DNA from: Camelus dromedarius
Lineage: Eukaryota
DNA: 64,000 bases
Direction: 5' to 3'
Assembly (NCBI RefSeq): GCF_036321535.1
Contig: NC_087436.1
Coordinates: 64,172,001-64,236,000, forward strand
The notes under the pieces are model-generated. The model had not been told where the DNA came from. It made no database searches and saw nothing but the letters and a program-made list of their open reading frames with translations. Numbering within the stretch: the stretch's first letter is position 1; every line of letters begins with the position of its first letter. The position numbers were made by a program, and so were the translations under genes. Positions 1 through 13,410 of the stretch are shown here, one piece after another.

Positions 1-59
1 GCTCTAATCCTGACTATTCTGCCAGAACACTGTTTCAGTATTCATGTTGTTAAATTGAG

Positions 60-1375
60 AGATAAATTCTAAGTTCTCATCTTACTTGATCTTTGATGCA
101 GTTCATCTCTCCTCCTTGAAACACTTTTTTCAGCTATCTTCCAGGTCATCCCATTTTCCTAGTTTCCCTTGTATTTTTCTGCCATCTCCCTCAGTTTTCT
201 TCAGTGGTTTCTTTTCATCCTCCGCAGTGTATAAATCTTGGAGATCCTCAGTCGTTGCTTCTTTTCTGTCTTCTGTTTACATTCACTCCCCTGGTGATCT
301 TTTAGTTTAGCATTCAATATTATCTAAATCCTGATTACTCTTGAATTTTATCTCTAGCTCAAACATTTACACCAGCTCTAGGCTCAGATATGTGGCTACT
401 TTCTCAAATATCTCCACTAAGATTTTTATTATATATCTCCAGCTTAATATATCCCAAACTAAACTTTCTTTCTTTCTTCACACCTAAAATGAATTTTTCT
501 GAAGCCTTTTACAGTCTCAAAAATGGTGACACTTTACTTGCAGTTGCAAAAGTAAAAAACATTGACTTTTCTGTCTCTCATACTTCATAGGCAATTCACA
601 GCCAAATCCTATTGGTTCTGCCTTATTTACAATTGAGAATCCTTCCACTTCTCACTGATTTCACTGCCACCACCTTGTAACCAAGTCAGCCTCCTCACTC
701 ACTTGGATTATTGTCATTTTTCTAGCTCATCCACCTGGCTCCCTATAATCTGGTCTCAACACAACATCCAGAGTCATCTTTTAAAAATATAAGTCATACC
801 ATTTTCCTCCTCTGCTCAGACTGTTAGAGAGGTATTTTACCTCACTGGGTACAAGCCAGAGTATGGGTAATAGCCTACACAGTCCCACCAGAATTAGTAT
901 GGAGGTCTCCCCGCCACTCAGCTGTCTGGTCCCTCCTGCCATTCTGCCCTCAGTCAGGCTGCTGCAGCCTTTTAGCCTTCCTGCTGGTATTTAAATGTCC
1001 TTTTTAGCTCTTGCCTGAGGGCCTTTGTACTTGTTCCCTCTGCCTAGAATGCTCTTGCTGTAGATACCCACGTAGCTTGCTGCCTTGGTTCCTTCAGGTC
1101 TTGTACTCAGATGTCATCTTCTCAGTGAAGGATTCTTTCATCATACTGTCGAAAAATGTGAAATCTTTAACCCCTCCACCCCCCAACTTTTTTTTTAATC
1201 ACAGCACACTGTGAAACATACCCTGTACTTTACTTATGTTTTGTTTTTGTTTCATGGAGTTAGGAATATTGGTTTTGTTCATTACTATATTCTCATTACC
1301 TAGAAAAGATGCCTAGAACATAGGAAAAGCTCAGTACATGTGCTGAATTCATTAAATATTTTTTGAATGAATGAA
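60..1375 (+). mobile_element. LINE-2 (L2) 3' fragment, ~1.3 kb, highly decayed
   Basis: L2-like sense-strand passages (ctccttgaaacactt..., catccagagtcatcttttaaaaatataagtca..., ttccctctgcctagaatgctctt) ending in the characteristic (TGAA)n tail at ~1364-1375. Confidence 0.85.
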
Positions 1376-1639
1376 CTTTAAAACACTTAGTACATGTTCA
1401 ATTTAGAATATATATTCTTATTATCATGTTCTTGTTTTCGTTATTATACCTAATACATAGTATTATGTATGGCATGGATTAGTCTTTATCTGCAGTATTG
1501 GCTTTTTAACTGATATTGCTTGGAACCTAGACAGTTTCATATTGTAATTTTAAAGATTGTAAATATTTCTAAGAAATATGAATACAGTTTATGATATTCA
1601 ATCCAATGTAAAAGGGACAATTTATTAGGTGTCAAAATC

Positions 1640-1950
1640 CTAAAAAATGACCAAAATCATTATAAAAGATGATATATGTAAAATTTCTAAAGAATTTGAG
1701 ATTAGTTAGCCTGAAGAAGAGAAATGGCAGGCTTTATGTATATGACAAAGGGTACTGACCAAAGAGTTTCAACAGCTAGCAAAAACAGAACAAAGAAAAT
1801 TAAGAAGTGGTGTTTGGCCCAAGCTATAAAAATTTCCTGTCAGCTAGAGTTGTTAAATATCAGCATATGTTACTAATAAAATTTTCTTTCCATGATAATA
1901 TTTTTTTAAAAGAAAGGCTTTTTCCTGAAAAGGATCTATAAACTCTAAGA
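1640..1950 (+). mobile_element. Possible L3/CR1 LINE 3' fragment
   Basis: ttagcctgaagaagagaa resembles the conserved CR1/L3 3' motif gtttagcctggagaagagaag; the remainder is very diverged. Confidence 0.4.
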
Positions 1951-2174
1951 GGGATTTGGGTTTTAGGTGAGTAAAAATAGCTCTTGGACACAACATCCTT
2001 CAGTGGACGTTTCTCTCTTACAGTAAAAAATACTGGAGGCTAAAATCCTTCAGACATTTAATGAGCATCTTTTTGTTGTATGCTCAAAACTAGAGATGCA
2101 ACATTTTTGTGTATGCAGTGAACTTTCAAATAGCTCTTTCCCTGGTGGATGGCAATGTCACGTAAATAGCGATT

Positions 2175-2420
2175 ATAATAATAGCAACTAAAATGTATGT
2201 ATCAGTGTCACCAGTGAGCATGTGCCGGTGTTATTTCCTTTAGTTCTCCCAGCAGTACTGTGAAGTAGACACTATTTTTATATTAATATTCATACCAGTG
2301 AAGACAGAGAGAGTAGGAGGGACCACAACCCACCGAAGGCCATGAATCTGATAGGCAGGAGGCCCAGATGTGAGCCCACTGCTCCTCATCCTGTTCTGCT
2401 CTTCCCAGTAGACAGTAGAA
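2175..2420 (-). mobile_element. MIR SINE
   Basis: Antisense MIR order: ataatagcaact... / tagacactatttt... / gaaggccatgaatctgataggcaggaggcccagatgtgagccca. Confidence 0.6.
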
Positions 2421-2439
2421 TGCCGTGAGCCCTGCATGA

Positions 2440-2610
2440 TATGGGGAACACAGCTGCTTGGGTTGAGTTTTTACCAATCCTGTGACTTCCTGTGACTTTT
2501 TAAATGCTTTGGCCTTCATTTCTTACATTTACAAATTGGGGAGAATTATGTTACCTATATCATTTGTGAGGTGAACAGTGCCTAGCATTTAGTGAATATT
2601 AATAAGTGTC
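2440..2610 (+). mobile_element. MIR SINE
   Basis: MIR core (cctgtgact...ggccttcatttcttacatttacaaattgggga) and tail (aacagtgcctagcatttagtgaatattaataagtgt). Confidence 0.7.
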
Positions 2611-2774
2611 AGGGATCAGAGAAGAATAGCCACATGTGATGAGTAGAAAGAGGGAAGGTTCGTTTTGACTTGATGGCCTGATTGTCAAAAGCTTTATTGA
2701 AGTATCTGCTTTTGATTTGAGCCTTGGAGTGTAAATAGCATTAAGCCAGCCAGGGAAAGTAGAGAGCAAAATGA

Positions 2775-2975
2775 AATGGTTGAGAGAGTATGGGCTTTCG
2801 GGTTAAACGGCCTTGATTTCTAGCCCAGATCTTGTCAATTCCTAATAAATTTCTGTGTCTCTTAAAATCAGGACAGTAATGATAGCTGTCCTCATGACAT
2901 TGGGAAGATGAGTGGCTGCATGCAGAAGGGCCTAGAACAGGGCCTAACATATGATAAAGTTAGCTGTTTTTATTA
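2775..2975 (+). mobile_element. MIR SINE
   Basis: ggttgagagagtatgggcttt... head and cctagaacagggcctaacatatgataaagttagctgtttttatt tail. Confidence 0.7.
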
Positions 2976-4589
2976 TGGATTTACTTGTATTTTAGGACAA
3001 GTACTCTGGAAGCAATAAACAGTATAAATTGGCAGAAAGAGAACAGGAGATACAGAAAACTATGATTGATTTCTATAAATTAAAATTAGCAAAAATGTTA
3101 TAAATGTTATTAAAAATACTACAGAGCTTAGTGTTTTTTAGAAATATGCATAAAGATTAAAACATACATATTCAGTCATAAAATTGAAGACAAATATACA
3201 GAAACAGTTAAAGGAGTTATAAAATTAACTGTGTGTCAGCTGAAGTACAGAAGTTCTCTGGGGATGGATGCAGTTTCTTTTATGCTACAAGGATATATTT
3301 TGAAATGCTATTTTATATATATATTTCTTACATAGATGTATGTAAGAAAAAAGTGATTGCTTCCTATATACTTCTACTATAATAAATCCCAATGTCTTTT
3401 GTTAATGTCTGTTTTTCAAAGCTTTGTATAGCCATTTACCAATGATATTCTCATCCTCCCATATTGTAATTCAGAGCATAACAGACTGACACCAGTGTGT
3501 CATGACTAGGACTTAACTACCTTTTCCCCGAGTTTGAATTCTGTATTGTAGATACAAATGTCTAGCTTGAGGAATTTAAAATATTTCCTTCAGAACTTTA
3601 TATTGAAAGCCTGTGAGATTAGCATGGCTGCTTCTCTAGTTAAGCAGTTTGTTGGTATGAGTAGCATTTGTCCTAACTAACATTAGTCTTAGAGGAGATT
3701 ATTGTGATAATCATCATGTAAGCCTAGTGGAACTCTTAGGGATGTTCTAGCTTCCTACTCCTGTGAGGGCAATTTCTCATTTCAGTTGTTGGAACAATGA
3801 CTATATTCAAATTATTGTAATTATTCTTTCTAAGGCTATAGGAAAAAGTTATTAGTATTAATATAACTAGTAAACTAAATTAATGAATTACTTAAAGGAT
3901 TAATATAAGCTTGATAAGAAAAAAAAAGTGCATAATTTTACCTAAAATGCCATGCATTTTTATATCTAAATGTTATATGGTATAGTCTTACTCCAAAAGA
4001 CTTAAAGATGTAAGTTTCATTTAAGTACTTTATGATGGTGTAGTACAAAATATCATCAGAAGTGATTACTAAATGTTCTTTTTTATTTATTAAGAAAGAA
4101 TGCATTGATATTTTGTCAGGATTCCTGAGACAAGGGTTTCAATTAAAAAAAATCAAAGTCAAATCAAAAGCTAGTAATATTTGGCTATGTAAGATTTTTT
4201 TTTTTAATGTTTGAAAAAATTTTGCCCTTTGTTTTTACTCTGGTAAGTTTTCTTCTTGTAGTGATACTCACTTATTTCTTGAATGGCTAGAATTGTGAGC
4301 ACAGGTTATGATGCCCAGCATAATATTAGCATGTCATTTCCTTCTTTCCTTTTTGCATATTGTAGATATATATTGTCTTATAACTCTGCCCTTTAGTAAC
4401 TTGTTCATGTTGTTTACATTCTCTATGCTGTAGATGCCTCCTCTGTTGAACAGTGATAATGTTATTTACTTTATAAGTTAAGATTTTAAAAAGCTTATGT
4501 ATATAAACCATTAAATCTATTTAGACCTTAGTAGCTAAAAATGTTGTGCCTGTTATGTGCTAAAGATAGCTCTAGGTTTTTCATGGGGT

Positions 4590-4745
4590 TTACTTTCTAA
4601 AATCTCAGTAGTACTTTAAGATAGTTCATAATCCCAATTTTATAGATGAACAAGTTGAAGCACAAACAATTTAAGTAATTTAAGCTTGCACAGTTAGTGT
4701 CAGAGTTAAAATTTGTAATCAAGCAGCCTGTTTCCAGAGCACTTT
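4590..4745 (-). mobile_element. MIR SINE
   Basis: Antisense MIR core atcccaattttatagatgaacaagttgaagcaca...aagtaattt...cacagttagtg. Confidence 0.75.
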
Positions 4746-7700
4746 GTTTTTTTTCATTATTATTATTTTATTTTTAGATATTATATTTATGTATATAATT
4801 TGTGATAAATGATTGGGGGAGTGGTCAAGCCATTCAATAAATGATATATTCTGCCTTCTACAGGTTTGTCATATGGTGGATGATACATGAATTTAGTTTG
4901 TAGGATAAATGAATGAACAAATAAATGAAGCCATTAACATGGATGGATACTCAAAGAAAGACATTCTAAACGTGGGTCACCATATGTACACACAGGTTGG
5001 AGTTAGAGATGAGGACAGGGCATTTGAGAGATCACCAAAATTTGGAAATAATAATGATTACTGTAATGTGACTTGCAGTACTTTTTCCAGTAGTAACCAT
5101 ACTTTAGTGGCATCATCAAATTTTGAACAGCTGTGTTTTGCACAGTATTATAATAGATGTAATAAACAATAATTCTGCGCTCATGTCCTTAAAACTGTTC
5201 TAGCAATTATGACAAACCTTACTTTAGCCTTAGATTGAATTTCTAGAGGGAACATTAAGCAGTAGGAGATTCCCTAAATGACAGCAGCACAAAATGCTTG
5301 TCTGGTCAAGAGAATGGAAGATGAGATGGGTATTATAGGCTAATATCATTATGCCCAAGCCGTAAGGCAATGGTTATGACATTATGATGATCATGCGGAT
5401 ACCATTGCGTAGGTGTCCTCCTAACTGAAGTTGGTTGCTCTAAACGGGGAAGGAAACAAAAGGTAAATTTTTACTGTTGACTTTACTTCACTATTTGACT
5501 TTGGAGATCACAATGCCAAAAAAAATCCAACTTCAATGCAGTCTACACTCAGAAGTTTAAGTGATTTTTGTAAAATGCAAAATCTACTTTTCTCTAGCTC
5601 TACAGAAACTGCTGAAGAGACCGATACTTTGGGAAATGGAAAAAGTGTAGAGGAGACTCTCAGCAAACACAGGCTACTTCATATTTGAGACCATTTGAGC
5701 TAAACTGTCTCAAAAAGAATTACATCCTCCACATACTGGAAGCAAGGGAAATGCATCCTTGGTGCCATTCCTGCTGTACGTTTTCATGTGGTCCAAGTGT
5801 AGTTCGCAGTGGTCCTGTTGCATGTCAGGACCTCAGTTTTCGAATCAACAGAAGTTTTGAGGGCATGCTTTATAGCAGCAAACCTAAAGTTGCTTTTGAT
5901 TCAGCACTAAAAGCAATTCCTGGAACTCCTCAAGCTTTGCACCAAAATACTTTCTTAAGTGCATAGAACTGTAGAACACCAGTTAATATCTTAGAAGCTT
6001 CAAGTATTAACCAAAAACTCATTTTCCTTCTCTTTTCTCTCCCCTTCCCAAAAAACAGAAAACAAATGAGTATTTCTGGTTTGTACAGTCAAATTCTTAT
6101 AATGCCTGCAACATTTTCAACAAAGGATGAATATAGATTTATGAGAATAATGATGAAAGGAAGAAAGATGATACTTGTTGAGCTTACAAAAGTTATTATC
6201 TGAATTCTGTTGTGAATTTCATTCACTTTCTCAACACATTAGACGACTTATTAAATAACTAATTTGACCTAGGGTTTAAAATTTACAATCTGATGAAATA
6301 TCAGCTACTTTCCCTGAAAATAGGGTAGTACTTTGAGGGGGGAAAATTGACTTTTTTTTTTTTTAAAGAAATGATGCTACTTAATTGCTTTATTTTAAAA
6401 CAACTCTTTTCCTTCCAATATGTATAGAGTCACTAGAGATGCTGAAAAGGTTCTAGATTTCTGTAAAGCCACAATTTTATGGAATATTTAAGTGGCAGTA
6501 ATTTGGCTAACTTCATCATTAGCCACGTAAGCATCATTGTCTACTGACACATTATAAAGGCACAAGTGGAATGCAGCCTGGCATGCTGCTGTCTGTGCTG
6601 AGTTTTAATAGTGCATCTGCATCATTTTTCCCAGTGGAAAAAAACAGGATGTCGCCTTGTAGGGTTTTTTTTTTTTTAACTACTGTATAATAAAATATAG
6701 CCGTAATAAATAGAATCTAAATAAATAAAGCAGATTTGGACTGAATCCATTTTGCCTTCATCACTTAGTGTAGCCCAGGCTTTTAAGTAGTTGTGTATCC
6801 TAAATTGGCTTAATTAGATCAAGTTGCATTTGACTTTCTTTGACTGCAGTGAAGTAGAGAAAGATTTTATTTTTATTTGTCATTTAGGTAATATTTTCAG
6901 TATATTTTCCTTTGTACTTCACTATGCTATTAACATAGTTTGTCCAGATTGTAATCTAAATTGTGCTTTGATTAAGTTAGTTGACCTCTTAAGCAATTTT
7001 TAGTGTTGTTTTGTTGTTACTGTTATTATTTGTATCCCTAATATTGATAATTAAATAGCTCCAAACCAAGATGTTGTACATTGTGAAGAATTTTCACAAT
7101 TGGCTCCGAGGGTCCTAGGAGCAGGAGTAATGTCTAATTCACTTTTGTAGCTCTGTTAGCTAACCCAGCTTCAGGTTTACTCTGGCTTTGTTTATTGGAT
7201 TGATTATTGAATGAAAATGACTATGAAGTTTTCTTACTTGAAATCTAAATAGATACAGAAGTTTGCCTTTTTAATGTATTCTAAATTTTCATCCATTTTA
7301 GTAGAATGGAGGTTAAAATTACAAGTTGAAATATTAAAATTTAAAAGCTGTTGCCTATTAGTAGGAATTTTGCCAAGGATTAGAAGAAAAAAAAATCAAT
7401 TTTGAAGGGTGAAAAAAGATTTCAGCCAAGTTTTTCAAACTTTTTCTCTCCTACTCTTCCAGAAATACCTTGTTCATCTTTGATCTTGATTTTTAACTGT
7501 AATATGTATAGCTTGCCATTCATACAGTTATAACAGGGATATAATAATCATGTAAGAGGGGATAGGTATATGACTTTTCTATAAAACATGGTCACTTAGA
7601 TTTCAGTGCTGTCTTGAAGAAATATGCGATGTAAAACTTTATTTTCATTTATAGTTATAAATAAATTTATATTTGCATGCTTTATCTCATATGAATATGA

Positions 7701-10700
7701 GGATTTAACTTTATTTGTTAGAAGAAAAGTAGAAAAAAAATAGAAAATATTTTTATTTTAACAGTTAGTGTTTCCTTTTATCCCTCCTAAATCCATACTT
7801 CAAAGTAAATTCCTTCTATTCAGTAACAATGGACTCTAAATTCAATACCAAGTAAGTTTAAAAAAAACAATATTTTAATTCAGTGATCTCAGTTTTTTTG
7901 TGTTATGTTACGTTTTTCGACCTGTTATCTGTGAAAAATACTGTTTCAGTTTTATAGACCTTACTTTTTAAAGTTGTATTGATTGCTTAAGCAATGCTCA
8001 TTACTTTTAAAATATCTGTGGATAAGTACTCTTCCTCCCCAAAAAAACCAATTAAAAAAAAATTCTAGTGGACATTATTTGGAAGGAATGATGTGAATTT
8101 TCCCCCACATGGGGACATGATATATAAATAGCTTAAAATGTGGGTTTATGTGTTTTTCTTTTTATGTACATAATTTATGGAAATAAAATAGATGTACTTA
8201 AAAGTAAGGTAATCCAGAGAGGTGTGTAAAGTGTATACATATGTATACGCATACTTTAAACTTTATCAAGGGTGTTAACTTTTAATTGTAATACCAGCAT
8301 AATTTGACTTTATTGATTGATGACCGGTTTGAATTGTGCGTGTGTAAGAAATCAGTTATATAGAACCTTGTTTGGGCAAGGTGTTCTTTGCACACAGAAA
8401 ACTTTCTGAAAAATTGAGGCAAATATGCACCCAATTAAAGTGGCCAAACTCCAGATGTTTGGTAGTTTGAATTAAACCATTTCCAATGTTTCTAGGTAGC
8501 TTTTGGTTTTCCTCAGAACTTTAGGTGTTTGTGGTGGTGGTTTGTCTGTCAGTATGTCAGTGTGCTGTCTCCCCTGATTTCTATTTGAAAGAACTCTATA
8601 GAAAATAAAGAATAACTAAGTGTTAATTGAGGGCCTCTCCATGAGTCAAGTTCATTGAAGTTTAGTGCAGTGTGACTTTTTTCTTTTTTCAATGTATTTC
8701 CTGATTAAGGATTGTACATTAGATTGATCTGATTTCCAATTGGTGGAGTCTCAAATAAGGCACTGATTACTGTGGCATATAATGCACATCAATTTGAAGA
8801 TCTCAGTACTCCAGATTTTCTGCTTGAAATCTTATACAAAATGAGAAGTAAAGCTTCATGCAATGAACTACAGGCAGTGTAAGAATGGGACAGAAAAAAA
8901 AAAAAAAAGAGGAGAAAGCAAAGTAGCAGCGCAGTGGAAATCTGGTATTTGATATGTAAGCTAATCCCTTTTAGTCCTGCAGCCAGATTTTTTTTTTCAC
9001 TTCTGCAAAAAGCATTTCTTTCTTTCTTTCTGGTTTTTGATCCCACACCCTGCCCCCTGCACAGCTGGAACGTGCCCAACAGACTTTGGCAGAGGTCACT
9101 TCTCAGAAGCTTTTTAAACTTTAGTTAGAATACATTTATTGATTTTTTTTTTTTTTTTAATGACCAGTGGAATGAGGATTTTTGGAAAAAGCTCATCTGA
9201 GATTCAGTGTCTGATTTGGCAATCCGAACTCTCTTAAACCTTTGAGAACACTTCATTAGACGCCAGGTCCTCATATTGAGTAAAACTCTGTGCGGATTCT
9301 GGCATATTGTATTTTCCTTGGGACTGATATCAGCTGACAATTTGGCCTCATAGACATGGGAGATGAAAATCATCTTTCTAGAACTGACAGTCAGAAACTC
9401 CTTAAGTATAAAAAATCCAGGAATTATGTTTTAAAAAATTCATTTGTTAGCCTGCTGAAAATATCTGGTAGTATGAGTTGGCACAATAAATTGTTCTTAG
9501 GGAATTTTCCTTATGTGTAATTGTTTGAGATTAATCTGTTTTATTTGTCTTAATCATCCGTGAAGGGAGAGTACATTTTTGTGAACAGAAAACCTGATAA
9601 TTAAGGATAGGATAATGTTTAAAGAAAAATATCTTTTCAGTGCATTTTAAGGTTTCTTATTTAAATTTCAAACATGAAATAAACACAAGATTTCCTACAT
9701 CCATAATTCTGAGATAATTCCCATATGGATCAGCAAGTGTACTCCCTGAGTTATTCTGGGTGATACTGTTCTAGCACCTGGATTTCAGGTTAGGTTCCGG
9801 TGTCTGTTTGGCTGGTGTCAAAGGAGAGGAGATGGATCGATGGTAGACTGTTTAAATAATACACATTGAGAGTTGATTATTATGCATTTTATTTCAAAAT
9901 TACTTAGAGATCATTTAAATAGCAAATAATTCCATTACATTCAAAATAAATTAATTCATATGCAACTTTTCAAATATACATATGTATAAAGAAAAAGGTA
10001 ACTATATCTTTTCTTTATGTAATCCATCTTAAAAAAAGAGGAAATACTATGAGTTTTAAAATGTATGTTCAAAGAAGCAGTAGCAATCAGTATCACTTGG
10101 TTGAGGTACATTTTAAAAATTAATTGTATATAATTTATGAATTGTAGTTTCCTATTTTAACAGGAATTCTGAGACCCCATTTTTCCTGACTCTTCTGTAT
10201 TTAAAAAATACTTACTATTTAAAATTTGTAATATTGCTACTGAAGTTGAAACAAATGAACATTGATCTAAATAATCTTCATAAACAAAACTCCTTAAGTA
10301 CTAAATTATTGTTATATTTTCATTACTTACAATGCAAACTGTTCAAATTATTTTAAACCATTCTGCCATAGACATGTAAACATGTTTTTTTTTAACAGTT
10401 AATACTATGTGTTGTAAGTAATAAGGTAGATTTCAGTGTGTTCCACCAGAGAATGTTTATTTTAAATTATAGAGTAGGCAAATTTTATTTTAAATGGAGG
10501 AAGCTAGATAACTCCTATTATCATAGAATTTGGAAACTACAATTAGGATGCAGGTATGTTATGTATCATTATAGTTAAAACATAGCCAGTTTTGAGGGTT
10601 AAAAACACAGGTTCAATTGGATGATTGCTTTTTATATTGAAAAGTTGAGAGCTGTTTCTCAGGCAGAGAAAGAAAAGAATGTACATTGTTGAGGAAATAA

Positions 10701-11984
10701 TCTTCCTGGAGGCTCACCAACTCTTCTTGGGGTTAGAGCCACAGGCTGCTGACTACTTGTAATGCAGAAGTGTTAAAGGAGAGCGGGAAGCCCTTCTGCC
10801 CCCAGTCATTAATCCATCCTGCCCACACAGAGTCTCCATTATGAACAGTCTTTTTCTAGGTATTGGTTCTAACCTTCAGTAGTCACGCCTGTTGTATATT
10901 TGACCATCTTTTCTCCCATCATAGGAAGCTTCCTATTTTCCTGAGAATGACAGAATGCTTGAACTCTTTCTGATGCTGAATTATTCACAGCGGGTTGCAT
11001 CGTCTCCCTTTTGATAGGGCAGTACCTGTGTGGTTCCTTATGTAGGAACAAGGTAAAGCATGTGAGTCAGTCCCAGGCAAAACCTGAAGAAGGAGGTGCT
11101 TGTGGGTATGAAAGCTTTGGCTAGTTTTGTATACTTGGGAGAGAATAATGTTCTTGCTTGTTAGTATCTTTATCAAGGCCAAAGAATACAGCAGAGACAG
11201 ACCCGTGAAGGAATTGCCTCTTAATTACAGTGCCTTAACCAAGATGAGAGGTTTGGTGTTACAGATGCTGTGAACCTCTGACTAATCAGGACATTACCAT
11301 TTCTGTGGGGCAAAAAATATCTTTGTGTAAATGAATTACAAACTAAGTAAAAGGCCCATTCTTTGGTTTTGATTTTAATAAATAAAGACTGTTCTCTCTG
11401 AGGGCGAGAACTTTGTGTGCGCTGTCCTAATCCTAGGTATTAACCACAGAGGCTGTGTATACAGTAGACACTAACTAAGGGTTCTTCCCTTCTCTTCCAT
11501 TTGCCTACCCTACCCTGTCGTATTCTGCTTTATCTTACCCTATCCTAGCCAATCCTATCCTCTGTTTGCAGGCAACCAAACTGACTGTCACCTTAATACA
11601 TTTCTTCCCTTATCTTGCATTAATTATAACATTTTGATATTCATCTCAACAAAATTTAGCCGTTTATAAGTCAAAATGTTGGGTAATATATTGATTGAGT
11701 TTTGAGGATTATTCTCAGTTTTGGATTGTCTGCAATCCTTTTCCCCTAATAAACTATCATTTGTTCATTTGTGTATTATTTATATCTTTTGTAGGTCTGT
11801 TGGCTGTTCCAAAAAACATGTTATATTTTTTCCATGGGGAGAAAGATTATGAGTAATTTATTCTAATTTATTCGTGTTAAAAATGAAAATACTAAGGGCT
11901 GAAAAAGGCACAGAATTTTTGATAATGTAAAATTAATAGTTAGTGGGAGTGCTTTCATTTTAACATTGGTCTTCTGGTCAACAT

Positions 11985-12600
11985 TACACATTTTTTCCTT
12001 TATTATTCCCTTCTTTTAGATAATTTTGCATTTAGTTTGCTCTTTTCTTACTTCCATGTAAGGTATAAGCTTTAGTTATTTGTGTGGGAACATACTTCTT
12101 TTCTAATACAGGTATTTAAAATAAGGAATTTCTTTTGAACACTACTTTAGCTGTGTTCTGTAAAATTTGTTTTTTTGTGCTTTAGTTTTCCTTCGGTTGA
12201 AAATATCTTAAAATTTCTCTTGTGATTTTTTTTTCTTTGATGCATGGAATATTTAGAGAAAGTTTTTAAAATTTGCAAATATTTAGGGATTTCCAAAATT
12301 TGTCTTTTTTATTTTTAGTGTAATTCTATTTTGGTTAGACAACTCATTTTATATGATTTCAGTCCTTTTAAATGTATTAAGATTTGTTTTATGACCTAAG
12401 AGTCTAGCTGGAGATAGGGGGAGAGATGAGAAGATTTCTAGGCAAAAATGCCACAGCATCCCCACTGCTCTTTCCAAAATAGAGTAGTTCTTCTGGTGTA
12501 AGTACTCAACTTGTTGTATGACTAGTCAATTTCCATAGTCCTGAAACAGTTGTTTTTGGCGATTTTGTCCAAATGGCGATTTTATTGATTTAAAAGTCTT
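11985..12600 (-). mobile_element. Old L1M fragments (ORF2 endonuclease region plus a 5' piece)
   Basis: Antisense L1 passages actactttagctgtg..., atttcagtccttttaaatgtattaagatttgttttatgacc, aatttccatagtcctgaaacagttg. Confidence 0.7.
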
Positions 12601-13189
12601 CCCCAAGGTACTCTTCTTTATACAATGGCATGCATTCTTGGGGCCCCAAAACTACCACATGTGGAAAATATGGCACATTTAGAACTAAACTTGGTATTCC
12701 TGATTTAAAACGTACCAGGAGTTCAGAGATGTGTTTATGCTCAAAATGTTGAGGATAATTTCATGGGAAGATTAGCCCTTAGCATAATATTAACATGGTA
12801 GTCAAAGCATGCAGTTAGAGAAAGTGCAGTAAGTGAGCATTCTTGGATCAAGGGTTTACATTAACAGGCTACCTGAGGAGCCAGTCAGGAACCCAAGCTG
12901 GCTGATGGGAAATTCTGTTTAATGAAGTAGTGTCAAAGAGATGTTTATAATGGAAAAAAGGGTATTCATTCTACAGAGGATCTTGAAAGCCAGACTCTAT
13001 GGAAAGCAATAGGGTGGTTTTTTAGATTACTCAGCAGAAAACCATCATGAGGAAAATGAGGTCTCAGATTACTCTCGCAACTGTTTGCAAGGTAGATTTA
13101 AGAGGAGATAGAATAGTGCTCAGGATATCAAGGTGCTATTGCAATATGGCAGGCTGGGGGCCAGTGGTGGCAACATGTAACAGCAGGTG

Positions 13190-13410
13190 GCCAAACTAAG
13201 AGTCAAATACTTTGGATTCTTGCCTTGGCCCCATCACTTGATAACCATGAAAATCTTTATGAGATGCAGCTTTCTAATCTGTAAAGTAGAAATAATTCCC
13301 CTTTGCTTGCTTCACATGGCTGTGATGGTTATGGTATTGGGAATAGAGCTGAAAAACACATCTGAATACTCTACAGAGAGAGTAATATGGTAGTATATAA
13401 TGATGGTTAT
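13190..13410 (+). mobile_element. MIR SINE within L2-like sequence
   Basis: MIR core cagctttctaatctgtaaagtagaaataat...cttcacatggctgtg. Confidence 0.6.

Noticed and set aside
5281..5305. miR-15/16/497-like seed (cagcagcac)
   Set aside because: Only the seed matches; there is no mature-sequence match or hairpin.
5380..5430. C/D box snoRNA (ATGATGA ... CTGA)
   Set aside because: The boxes are only about 45 nt apart, with no terminal stem or recognisable guide.
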